49,201 nucleotides of DNA from Chromera velia (Eukaryota), in contig JAHBMJ010000376.1 in NCBI GenBank assembly GCA_018398765.1, forward strand, positions 1 to 49,201, written 5' to 3'. The notes below the pieces were generated by a model that saw nothing but the letters and a program-made list of their open reading frames with translations, was not told the DNA's origin and did not search any database. The translations under genes were made by a program, and so were the position numbers. Below are positions 13,843-25,287 of the stretch, piece by piece. Numbering within the stretch: the stretch's first letter is position 1; every line of letters starts with the position of its first letter.

Positions 13843-16800
13843 CCAGCAGGAGACGCAGCGGGGAAGAGAGAGGCGACGAGAGAAAGGAGAGAAGCGTTTT
13901 CACTCGCAACAGGCGGAGGAGACGAAACTGTAGCAGGCAGACAAGTTTGAGCCTGTCGTGCAACCACCAGGCAGAACGATTGATTGAGTGAACAAAAAAA
14001 CCAACACGAAAAAAGAAAACAGACTGACCCTGAAGAGAGGCAACATCGAAGAGAAGTTTCGCAACTTCCTTCGCATTCCTGGAGTTCCTGTCCTTCAGGA
14101 CCATCTGGTTCAATTGTTCCACAATTGGGTGCTCTGCGTTGACCTCCACGATCAACTGGTTCATCGCCATGCCGTACATTTCGTTCTCTTGAGTTCCCTG
14201 CCAGAAAAAAAAAAGAATCGTGTGTATGAGAATTCAAGTGAGAGAAAGATCTCTGAAAAAGAACAATCCATAGTCACCTCTCTTCCCGAATCCATTGTAG
14301 CACATGGCCCTCATTCGCTTCTTCACTTTCATTCATCCATTCATTCATTCATTCACTCGCGACAGCATCGTCAATCCGTTCGTTTATTGAGTGAACAAAG
14401 AGACAGTGAACTCCTCGATGATCAGGTATTCCGTCCAAGAACCTGACTGGCTGCAAAAAATATAAAGCCCTCACAGGTCGTTATTCATTTGAATGAAATG
14501 TCATGCGACGGCGGGGTTTTGAACTTCACCGCCCATCCTCTCACGCTGCACATCCTCTCACTGAGTGACGCTACCCCCCGCTCCTTCCATGCGAAATCAT
14601 TCATGCAAGCACTACCAGTACTCGATGCACATGAACATTTGTTCCCTCCAGTACTCGATGCACATGAACATTTGTTCCCTCCAGTACTCGATGCACATGA
14701 ACATTTGTTCCCTCTCACCTGTGCTGCTGCCTGCTGCTTGATGTACTTCTGCAGAGAGGGGGAGATTCCGAACTCTCCTTGGACGAGGAGCACGGGGCTC
14801 TCCGTCAAGCGCTCGGACACCCGGACCTGAAAAGAGAGGGGAAAAAAGAAAAGAAAACGATTGAGAGATGATTTGCTCTTTCCGACACTTTGGGTGCGGT
14901 TCTCGCGATGGGGAAATCGGCTCACATCAACGTGGGCTTGTGTACGTGCACATGTCGGGCAAGAGAAATGCGAAATTCCGGCACTACGAGACATTGGCAG
15001 ACACACCAGTACACAGAGAAAGCTGCAGAAACTCCCCACATGAAGAAACATCGAAGAGCACATGGCAGAAAACATCGAGTCAGTGGAGATCGCAAGACAA
15101 TCCGAAAGTCTTGACCTTACAGACAGGAAACTTAAATCAGCATCTGTCCATCCTCCCGCACCCAACCCTGTTGGTTCGATGACGCACGCCTCAGTCAACG
15201 GACCTTCTGCACCGTCTTCCCGTAATAGTTCTCAAGCCAGTCACAGAGGTTCTCCATTTCGATTCTCTTCTGCTTCTTCCTCTCCTTCTCGTCCTCCGAC
15301 TCATCCTCGGGAAGTCTCAGATCGTCCTTGTTGATGTCTACCACCTGCTTCCCCATGTAGTCGCCTGTCTGGAGGGACTGCACACACACACACACACACA
15401 CACACAGAGGCAGAGAAGGAGAGAGAATGAGCTAGAGAGAGAGAGAGAGCAGAAAGATGGGTAAATACAGGCACAGTGAGATGCAACCTGTACCAACGAA
15501 GGGCATCCAAATCAATCAATCCACACGAACAAAAGGAGCCCTGCTTTCTCTGTCTCACCTGCATACAGAATTCATCCAGGGGCTCGGTCATGTACATGAT
15601 CTCGTAGTCGAGGGCCCGCAACTTCTCGAGGAGGGGGTTCTCTGCGGCTGCCTGTCTACTCTCCGCAGCGACGTAGTAGATCGCAGTCTGGTTCGCCTTC
15701 ATGCGGCTCACGTACTCATCTGGAACAGACAGGGAGAATCGCAAAGCACTTTACATCGGCAAAAACGGCTTACGAAAAACTGAAAATGATAAAAATGTTT
15801 CCCTAGACTTCAAGTGTTCACGAACGAAGCACTCAAAAACACAGGGAGGGGAAACGCCACCGAGTTTCATCCGCTCAGGAGCGGCCGCAGATCACCTCAC
15901 AGATAGGGAAAAAGCAGAAGTGACAACAGGGGTTCGCGAAGAGCCTTCGCTCCCTGCCCCCTTAATTCCATTCTCTCCCTTCCCTTCCCCTGGCTTCAAT
16001 TCTTTCTGGAAAGCTATTGACGACATTCTTTCTCGCATTCCTCCACACAAGGCTGTCTCTCTCGTCACTTCCTTTTCCCCCGTCTCCCTCCCTCCAGAGT
16101 ACCCACCCAGCGTGGTCTGCTTGGGTCCGCTCTTGGAAGAGTAGAACTGGAGGAGCTGTGCGATTTGCTCCTTGTGGTCCCTGTCTTCCACAACTCCGAC
16201 CTGCACACACAAAGGAAGAGAGAAAGGGGACGGCGGGGGCGCGTGAAGGAGCGACGCGGCGGCGAAAGGGCGGAAGGAAGTCAGAATGCGTCTTCCCCTT
16301 GCGTCGTTTTGGTGTTGCTGGCTGGCGTTGCGAAGGCCCGTCGGCGATCCTCATCATCATCTTCTTCTTCTGCATCCCAACCCTGTTGCCAGACTGTTGG
16401 ACGGAAGCCCAGCAGTCACGCTCCATCCTTCCCAGCTGAAACAGCCCATTGCTCACTCTCAAGAAGCTCAAAAAGAGGGACAGATACACCAGAAGGTCTT
16501 TAAAAGAAAGGAAAAGGAGACGCATAACACACAAACCCCAACTGACTGACCTTCAGATACTTCCCGAAGTTCTCCCAGAACTTATCCCACTTGTCTCCTC
16601 CCTGTCTTCTGATCTCTCTGATCATGTCGATGGCCTTGGCGGCAATTCTCTTGTTGATAATCGTCAGCATTTTGGACTTCTGGAGGATTTCTCTGCCGAC
16701 GTTCAGGGGAAGGTCCTCAGAGTCCACCACACCACGGATGAAAGTCAACCAGCGGGGAATCGCCTCTGCAAGAACAGAAAGAAGAAAGCAGAAAGAAAAG

Positions 16801-19314
16801 AAGACGATGAGAAACAGAAGCGGAAGGGTACAAAAACAGAAGCCCGAGGTATGAGAAGATTACTGAGACAGTAAAAAAAAACACCCAAGCACTCAAAAGA
16901 TACGAACAAACCAGAGAGGATGGAAGGCACAATTCATATGCAGGAACACGAATAAAGAAAGTCCAAGAGGAACCAATAATCTTCCTTTCAGAAATTCGGG
17001 CAAGGAAGGCCACGCAAGATGTAGAGAAGAAGAGCGAGACGGTGAGAGACTAAAGCAGGCGAATGCAAAGATACAGAGACAGGCCAAAGACCACCACCCA
17101 TCAACCGACGAGCTCACCTGCGAACTTATCATTGATGAACACTCTCTTCACGTACAGCCTGATGCCTCTGCTGTCGTCATCGAACATATTTCGAGTCAGT
17201 TCCCAAGGGATCGACCCGGGGATGAACAGCACCGAGGAGAATTCGACCTGGCCCTCCACCTTGAAATGGATGTAGCCAGTGGGATCGTCGTAACTCTGCA
17301 CCGCATCGCACGTATCCAATCATACAGATGCAGCAACCGAATGAGGAAGTGCGAACAGACGACGTCGGTCGTCCCCCTCGCTGGAAAATCGCCGCTTCGT
17401 TCGCACGCTCTCGATTCATCAGAGAGAGACGCAAAAGGAAGACCATGCAAGCATCTTCTGCCATGGGGACCGAGCGACAGAGGAAGACATGACGAAAAAT
17501 CAAAACGGAACAGAACGTAGCCTGTACAAAGACAGAAGCGGAAACACGCCTTGAAAATGAAACCAGAATGAAGGGACTACCCACCCACCTTGAATGTGCT
17601 CTTGTAGAACTCAAAATAGTCGTCGTCGCTCAGGTCGTCTCTGTCCCTCCTCCAGATAGGGGGCTGCAGGTTTACACGCTCCCACTCGTTGAATCTGCAC
17701 ACACCACCAACACGCAGATCAACAGCGTGCACATATTCCTGCACATGCGAACCTACACACATTAATTTCTGCCGGGAGGACAGATCAACAGGCGGAGGGC
17801 GAGAGCGTGGAATCTCTCTGCGTGAATGAGTGCGCGACTTTGAGGAACGGGAGGAAGACTGTCTTTCCCGTCTCAAATCCATGTGCATGTACAGTCTTGA
17901 CCGTTTCGATGCAAGTGACTGCCTGTCGCGGGGACCGAGTTTCTGACCTCTTTGTGACGGTCTTCATCCTGGGGGGATCTCCAGGCTTCACAGGGGCATC
18001 AGGATCGGGGACGCGCTCGTAATCGACCTGCCACCACGGATGAGGGATCGATGCGGAGGGAGGAGAACAGGGACAGGTCGTCTTTCAAACAAGTCAGTAA
18101 GTCACGCGGGGGAAGTCTAGTGCTCAAAAAAATCCACGAAACAGACTTTCATGGAAGTTGGTTCTGATGTAGAGGTATCACTCTTCTTTTCTTTCTCTCT
18201 TTCATTCATTTTGCTTTGTTGATTTCCCGTTTCCAAACCACTTCTGCGTCCCCCCAAAAGACGAGTCACAGTGTGTGCATACATTCGCCAGCCAAGCCAG
18301 CCACATCATACTGCTTCAGACACCTGGCTGAAACACAACACAACAAAACAGAGGGAGAGGCACAAACCTTCTCTGACCAGACGCTGATAGGGTACTGAAT
18401 GAACTCTGAGTACTTTCTCAGCAGCTCCTTGATCTTGTAGTCCTCCATGTACCTGCAGAGAGGGAGGCAGGCAGGGAGGCATGGGTGAGGAGCCGACTGA
18501 GCGCGTGACTGATCTTGCATCTGAGGTGATCTCTCACTGTTTTTGTTGAGCTCATGAATACTTCACTCTCGCTTGAAAAGTTTGGGGGTAAAAGAACGAG
18601 AAAAAAGGCGCGGCCTCGAATGCGAACAATGAGGAGAAAGACGGCAGGTAAGACATCTCGCCTCTCTGCCCCTGCCGGAGAGCTCCCCTTTTCCTCTCTC
18701 ACGCCTTCCCTTGTCCTTGCTCCGCTCTCTTCCAACCACTCCTCTCCCACGCTTGTTTGAAGGGGGGGGAAACAATATTCCAGTGAAGCAGAAGATGAGA
18801 AAAGAGGGAAGGAAAGGTATAGACATGAGTACAAAGCACCCAAAAGCAAAGTATGCGCAGACTTACTCATCGGCTTCCTCCTTCAAGTGGAGAATCACCC
18901 TCGTTCCTGTAGTCTCGAAGGGGTCATCCATCTTCTCCTCGTCCTCAGGGAACACGGTGAACGTTCCCTCAGAGTTTGACCTCCACCTGTAGGTCTGGCC
19001 CCTCAACAGCTGTCCGTCCTCTGTCTCCACATCCTTCCTTGTGACCACCTCGACCTGATCTGCCACCAGGTAGGCCGAGTAAAAACCCACACCGAACTGC
19101 CCAATCAGAGACGCGTCGGCCTGCCCGTCTGCGACCTGCTGCAGGAACTTCGCTGTTCCTGACTGTGCAATGGTTCCTAGGTTATTGATCAGTTCTGTCT
19201 TGTTCATTCCAATACCAGTGTCCTCAACGATCAGGAGCTTCCGGCGTTTGTCGGCCTGCACGCAGAAGGCGCAAAAGAGACACTTACACACTTACACATA
19301 CACACACACACACG

Positions 19315-19407
<93 letters not shown>

Positions 19408-20045
19408 AGAGAGAGAGAGAGAGACACGCACACGCACACGCACACGCACACGCACACGCACACACGCACACGCACACACGCACGCACGCACGCACACACA
19501 CACACAACATACATACGCACGCACACACATGCAATGACTCAAGCGAAGAGAGAGGTGCGAGCATGTTGACACTGAAGAAACCGCCTCCACACAAACTGTA
19601 AAAGTGCACGCGATTCTCATCGTGTGGCACTAACCCTGATCTTGATGCACCCATGGTCGTAAGGGAGGTTGTGGGAGGTCAGGGTCACCTTCCTCTTGTC
19701 GCACGCATCTGCGGCGTTTGAGACAAGTTCTCTGAGAAAGACATCCTTATCAGTGTACAGAGAGTTGATGATGATGTCCATCACTCTGGAGACCTCAGCC
19801 TGGAAAGCATACGTCTCTGCTTGCTCCGGTTCTGCTGTGGCTGTTGCAACTTGAGAAAGAACTGTAGAGGGAGAGTTCAGAAATGACTCATCAAACACAT
19901 CCAAAGAGGCAAAGCCTCGCCGCAATCGATGGGAGGGGCTCCCCGCCCGTCTGCTCCTGCCAAAAGAACCTGCTCCATTCAGATTGAACGCATCAGAGAC
20001 CCCCAAACAGGCCGCTGCTAAAACGCAAAGCACCCTCGCGCTCAT
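13521..20045 (-). CDS. HSP90: Heat shock protein 90, plastid-targeted type (bipartite presequence), ~762 aa, 13 exons
   Basis: Exons 20045-19635, 19255-18867, 18452-18368, 18027-17948, 17694-17589, 17295-17118, 16765-16551, 16200-16107, 15719-15559, 15377-15204, 14826-14719, 14197-14029, 13639-13521 (2289 nt). Motifs: [98 protein letters not shown]-terminus is a signal peptide ending SDA-F followed by an S/R-rich transit peptide. No MEEVD or KDEL at the C-terminus. Confidence 0.95.
13705..13839. repeat. (CA)n/(CACACT)n microsatellite in last Hsp90 intron
   Basis: Direct reading of the sequence. Confidence 0.9.
14615..14713. repeat. Perfect 33-bp x3 tandem repeat at the 5' end of Hsp90 intron 11
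   Basis: Unit CCAGTACTCGATGCACATGAACATTTGTTCCCT occurs three times with no spacers and ends 5 nt from the exon boundary. Confidence 0.95.
19280..19530. repeat. Compound (CA)n/(GA)n/(CACGCA)n microsatellite in Hsp90 intron 1
   Basis: Direct reading of the sequence. Confidence 0.9.
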
Positions 20046-20979
20046 CTTCCACTAATCCCCCCTTTTCCGTCTCCTACTCAAATCACTTGAATTTCAAAAA
20101 TGAACGAGAGATCAAGCTTCACAAACTGCCGAATCGATGATTCGCAGGTGCGCGAGCTTCGGAGCACACAAGAATGCAAGATTGAGTAGCTGAGAAGGGA
20201 TAAAGGAGGGAGACTGGAGAAAAAAAACTGTGCTGGCGTTGGAGACGTTTGATTCCAGATCGAAACTTGGAACACCTGCTTCAAAATGACGCACGCAAAT
20301 GAGAGTCCGCAACACACATCCGCGGGCCGCGGCAGTGTGGCAGACTTCTTTTAAGTGCCTCTCAAGATGGATGGCCCCGGAAAGGCGCAGCAATTGTATG
20401 CGAGCGCCCCCTACATGGCTCCCTCGCGGCAATCCGGCCCGGCCGCGGATCGACCGGCCGGGCCCGGGCCGCGCGGCTCCATGCAGGCAAAGAACAAAAC
20501 GAATTAATTAAGCCCCGGCTCCCAGACCCATGGTGGCATCGCGGATACGTCATCACGCCCTTGAGACAGGGTTTCTATCCTGATTCCGTTATTCGTCATG
20601 ATTGTTGTGCGTAGCTGAACGAGCCTTGTTGTTCAAACGCCTGTCAAAAGAGTGCCGAGCAAAAGACGCTCCCATGGAATTCAAACACAATTCACAGGCA
20701 GTCTGATTTTGACGTATGCACAGGTCTGCTCAGTCGAACATTTGTTCTCATGTTGTTGGGATCGATCAGCGTCCGTCCGTCTACGTAACGGGAAGGGACT
20801 GTCGATCAGTGAACCTGGTCTTTTTTTGGCAAGAAAAAGCCTAATCAAGTGAAAAAGGGTCTACAGAAGTGTCAAGTTGGTGAGGGATCCATCCGAGGGG
20901 AAAGCGAGAAGTAAAGACAGAGCTAGAAAACGAACCCCTGTCTCAAGAAGAAGCGTGCTCTGTTGCTGGAGCGAAGGAG
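20046..20979. promoter_or_regulatory. Putative bidirectional promoter (Hsp90 / carrier-like gene) with CpG-rich core
   Basis: CCGCGGGCCGCGG at 20320-20332, a GC palindrome cluster at 20434-20476, TAATTAAGCC at 20505-20514 and TACGTCATCA at ~20547, between divergent ATGs. Confidence 0.6.
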
Positions 20980-22746
20980 ATGCCGATCCCTTCTGCCTCT
21001 GCCGTTGAAGTCAGCCCCTCGGGGGCTGATCGGGCAGAGTCTTCAAAAGCGTCTGCACCTGCCCCTGTCTCAAAAGTCGTGCAGAGGATGGGAGGAGACG
21101 CAGCTGCTGCCTGTGGTGCCGCTGCAGGGGTGGCTCCGTTCATCACTGTGATTGACCGATCCATCATCAAAGCCGCCAACGGCAGTCAGCCTCTCTTCGA
21201 GGGCATTGTGACAGGATTCAAGCAGATGGTTTTGGCCCCCCACCGATTTGTCCTGGGTAGGGACTTCAGACTGATTTTCGGACTGTACGCAGCCACGTAT
21301 CTGTCTGCAAATTGGGCCATCACGCTCTGTGAGTGGAAGAGGGTCTCTGACGAAATTCCCAAATTCGTGTCGTCCTCCGTGACCAATTTACTGCTCTGTG
21401 TGAGGAAAGACGCGATTTTTGCAACCATCTTTGGTACTCGTGTGAGTGCCTTCCCCCCCGCCTCCTACGCTCTGTTCTTTCTTCGGGATGCAATGACGAT
21501 GGCAGCTTCGTTTAACGCCCCGCCACACATCTCCAATTTCATCAAAAAAACAAACCCCGAAATCGGGAAGTCCACTGCAGACAATATTGCGCAGATGGCC
21601 TGTCCGGTGGGCATCCAGACGATCTCCACGCCCATCCATTTGGTCGCGTTGGATCTCTTCAATCGTCCAGCGGCAACAGGTAGGTTTAGATTTAGGGGAG
21701 GGGGGGACTCTCTATCCAGATTCCTCGTCTGCTTTCTGACTGGCCCTCCGCCTCGCTTTCCGTTCTCCCCCCCCTTGTGTGTGTGTGTGTGTGTGTATGT
21801 GTGATGACTCCCTGTTTGCATCCCCCCCGCACCTCTGCTTTCGCTGCGCGTTGTGAGCGTAAGTGTTGGATGACTGCTTGAAGGCTCCCGATTGTTTTGT
21901 TTATTTCCTCTCCTGAGTTGCTTCTCTTTGTTGCGCTCAAGTGAAACTCTCTCCACATCATTTGAATGCCACGCAGCCGCCCAAAGAGTGGGATTCATCG
22001 GTTCGACTTACTTTTCCATGGTGTCTGCACGGATGGCGCGCATCGGTTGGTCTTTTGGATTGGCTTTTGATACGTATACCCGCTCTCTTTCAGGCACAAG
22101 GACAGAGAATGGAGAGTGACAATACAATGGAAAGAAAGGTTTCAGAGCGGAAGGTTTACGTGTTGTACAGCCAGAAGCAGCAGAGTGCTCATATGTTTTC
22201 TTCAGTTTCCTCAGGTGTCTCCTTGAATGTGTGGACAGATCGACCCTCTAGCTCTCTCCCGATTTGTCCGTCAAGCGACTGGACACTGCATTTTGGAAGT
22301 CCCCCCACGTGAGAGTTCTCTGTTGTTCGTGTTTTTCTTTTTGTTTTCTATGGCTTCTTTCGCAATGCCAACAGGTGGGGGGGGTACAGATCTCCTTCCA
22401 GAGTCTTTCTCATTCTTCTGGGACGTGGGTCTTTGTCTTTTCTATCTCTGTCTTGTTGGATGCAGCAAATCTGTGTCGCCCAGTGAATGTCTGTGGTGTG
22501 GCTGCAACCTGTTGATGGTTTCGCTTTGTGTCTCGCTGAGTGGCTTTTTTTTTTTCCAACCTCCCTCTGGCTTTTCTCTATCCTTCAAATGTGTGTGATT
22601 GAATCGAATCAGTCGATCTAGCAGTCAACCAGTCAGAGAACGAATTTGTACACCTCCCTATCCGTGCAGCCCCCGCTTTCGGCATCGGAGGAATTCTGAA
22701 TCGGCAAATCCGGACGCACTTTGTCGACTCGATAGGAGACCTCTGA
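20980..22746 (+). CDS. Conserved membrane protein, mitochondrial-carrier/sideroflexin-like family of unknown function, ~281 aa, 3 exons
   Basis: Exons 20980-21679, 21977-22045, 22670-22746 (846 nt). Motifs: DAAAACGAAAGVAPFITVIDRSII, YAATYLSAN, KDAIFATIFG, SYALFFLRDAMTMAASFNAP, AQMACPVGIQTISTPIHLVALDLFNRP, and spliced ARMARI|APAFGIGGILNRQIR. The family assignment is from recall and is unverified. Confidence 0.75.
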
Positions 22747-23539
22747 GGGGTGTGCGAGGTATGAAAGAGGGGTGGATTGATGGAGGAACAGTTCAATCCT
22801 GCAGATGTTCTCTGAATAGGGTTCTACTTTTCGAGGGGGGAGATCATCTGTCAGACTGTTTCCACAGGGAGAGCTCCTCCTCTTTTTTTGTCATTCAACA
22901 AGCTAGAGGCGGAACGAGAGGCATCCGGGCATAGGCATCTGTCTCGGATTTAATTCTCTTCTTGAACACGATGTGATTAGTAGACTGAGAGCAGGGCAAC
23001 GACAGAAATGGGCTGTTTTGTAAACAAACAAGAAAGCGAGGATCGAAAGGGTAAGGGCAGTGTGGAAAGAAGTAAGTTTCCATGTGTTTTAACTCCACTG
23101 CACTCAGTCGTCACTGCCGAATGCTGGAAGGCATGGATGAGTGTGTGACTTAATTTAATCTGCACGCCATGTCACCGTTGTGCACACCCAACAAACAATG
23201 AATTCGTGCCAGTATGAAATTCGTCGATTGGGGTTCAACGTTGCATCCGAGACTTGATGAGCCTGCATGTGTTTGCTTTGCATGGATGGAACGAACATCT
23301 GGGCGAATTCTGGGCGAGCGCAGGGAGCCTTTATGATGCGCGTGCCGGTCGATTAAAGTCATACAGTCAATTCACGCACCGTGACGCACGCACGCACCCT
23401 AGCATGCACGCACTAAATCTTGCGTACCTCATCTGCGTCAAAGCCTGTATGCTTGCAGTGCGCCGCACATGCCGTCTTTGATGCAGCCTCCGTATTTTAC
23501 CGAGCTTGGCTTCGATCGGGCAGCTTACTTGCAAGCCAG

Positions 23540-24025
23540 TGATTTCAAAGAGAATAATACATTAATACATAGGTTGGCCTGGCATTGAATTCAGATTTGG
23601 CTGGGCAAAATTTCAGACTTTAGCCCACTCATAATTATTTTCAATACAATATTAAAAACTGAATATATTATGAATTAAGACTCACTATTATCTAGACCAT
23701 TATAGGTACTAAAAGATAGTACACAGTGAAAGATAACCACATCATTAAAAAAAAAACATATGTATAGCATTGTATGTCTCACATTTAGCAAATTAGGCTA
23801 TAATTTAAGTAGCATATTCTAGTTTACAACTAGTTCAGGGGACCACTAAACGTGAAGCTTTATCACGCCTTTGTCATTCTTTCACAGTTATTTATTATAT
23901 TAGGTAACACCATAAAGCTAACACAGTATGTTTTATAATTTTGATTGTTCATCATATAGTCTAGTTCTTCAATAAAATCATATTCAATTTCTTTTCATAA
24001 TTAAAGCTAGTACTCATTATAGAGA
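23540..24025. other. AT-rich intergenic island (probable transposon relic)
   Basis: Abrupt AT enrichment without ORFs, between converging genes; no convincing termini found. Confidence 0.45.
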
Positions 24026-25021
24026 CTTCGGAGCTGAGTCAGGTGGCGAGTGCTTCACGCTTTTACAGTGCCAGTGGAGATGTCACAATGTACAGTCACA
24101 TCGAGATTTGTTCTCACAATACCGTTGTGAATTCCTATATAGCCCGCCCTTTTCCACCTTCCACTGTGCATACTTTGATGTTTGTCAGTCACAGCTTAAT
24201 TCCCCTCTCTTGCGTCATGCAATCAATCAAACAATGGATTGATGGGAAGCTTTCAATTCACGGCGCCCCACAACTGAGGGACGCAAGCAGGACGCCCATG
24301 AAATCGCTTTCTTGAAGCACCCCCTTCACCACCTTAGAGTTAAAGAGACGAAAAGAATCCTATTTTTCAGGTCATGCAATTCCCATGAAACGTTTGTACA
24401 CACACCACTGCAAGTCACCCAGGGAGAGTGATGTCTCCACTTCTCCTCTTTGCCTCCTGCCCTCCCCGTGCCTAAGCAAAACGGAAGAATCAAAACGTAG
24501 GCAACGAGGGACCCTTTCGGACAAGAGGCAAAAAGCCGCAAAGCTCAACCGACACCCCTTTCTTGCCGGAAAGTACCCCCTCATGTTTTGGGTTTTGTTG
24601 CAAGTTGAGAAAGAGAATGTCCCTGAGGCCCCTTGAAGGAAGAGAGAGACAGACGAAGAAAGCTAAAAGTCAGACAGAGGAGAAGTCAGTCAACCCACAA
24701 CTCCCCCCCCCCCCCNNNNNNNNNNNTTAAGGAAGCTTCACGTCAAGTAAGTGGATGGCCTGATAGAATGGAAAACAAAGAAGTAAACAAAAGAGGAAGA
24801 CATCGAAGCAACGAGGAATCAAACACACCTCACCCAGGAACCTCAGCGACCTAAGCAGTGTTCTCCTCGTGCCCTTTTTCCCTTTCTCTCCATTCTACCA
24901 GACCCATCCCAAAATGCTGTACCGAAGCGGGGAAAACGAATGAATTGATCTGGGTTGATTATATCTTCTCTGCCTGTCCCACCAGCGAGACAAGTCGAGG
25001 CAAAAAAAGGTGAGGAGACGG

Positions 25022-25250
25022 TCAGCCAATCCACTCTCTGCGTTTCCCATTTTCCCAGACCCCCTCTCTCGTCTCGTGGTTCGGTGCCTTGCCCGTGAAA
25101 ATTCCGTGGCCGTGTTGGTGTCCGTCTTTCCAAAACCCCTTGTAAGACCTCCCGTCTGCCCAGAAAAATCCTCCAAACCCGCTCTTCTTGTCGTCGGCAT
25201 ACTCGCCCTCATATCTCTGAGCGTCCCACTGCACACACACACGCACACAC

Positions 25251-25287
<37 letters not shown>

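Noticed and set aside
14615..14713. 33-bp repeats of CRISPR-like length
   Set aside because: No spacers, intronic, eukaryotic context, no cas genes.
19170..19654. HTHT/CVCV ORFs resembling metal-binding proteins
   Set aside because: (CA)n microsatellite translations in Hsp90 introns; also at 13511-13933 and 25010-25345.
19617..19688. Earlier Hsp90 donor AAG|GTGACC at 19688
   Set aside because: It would delete the IKIR strand expected before ADK; the donor at 19634 (GTTAGT) fits the family better.
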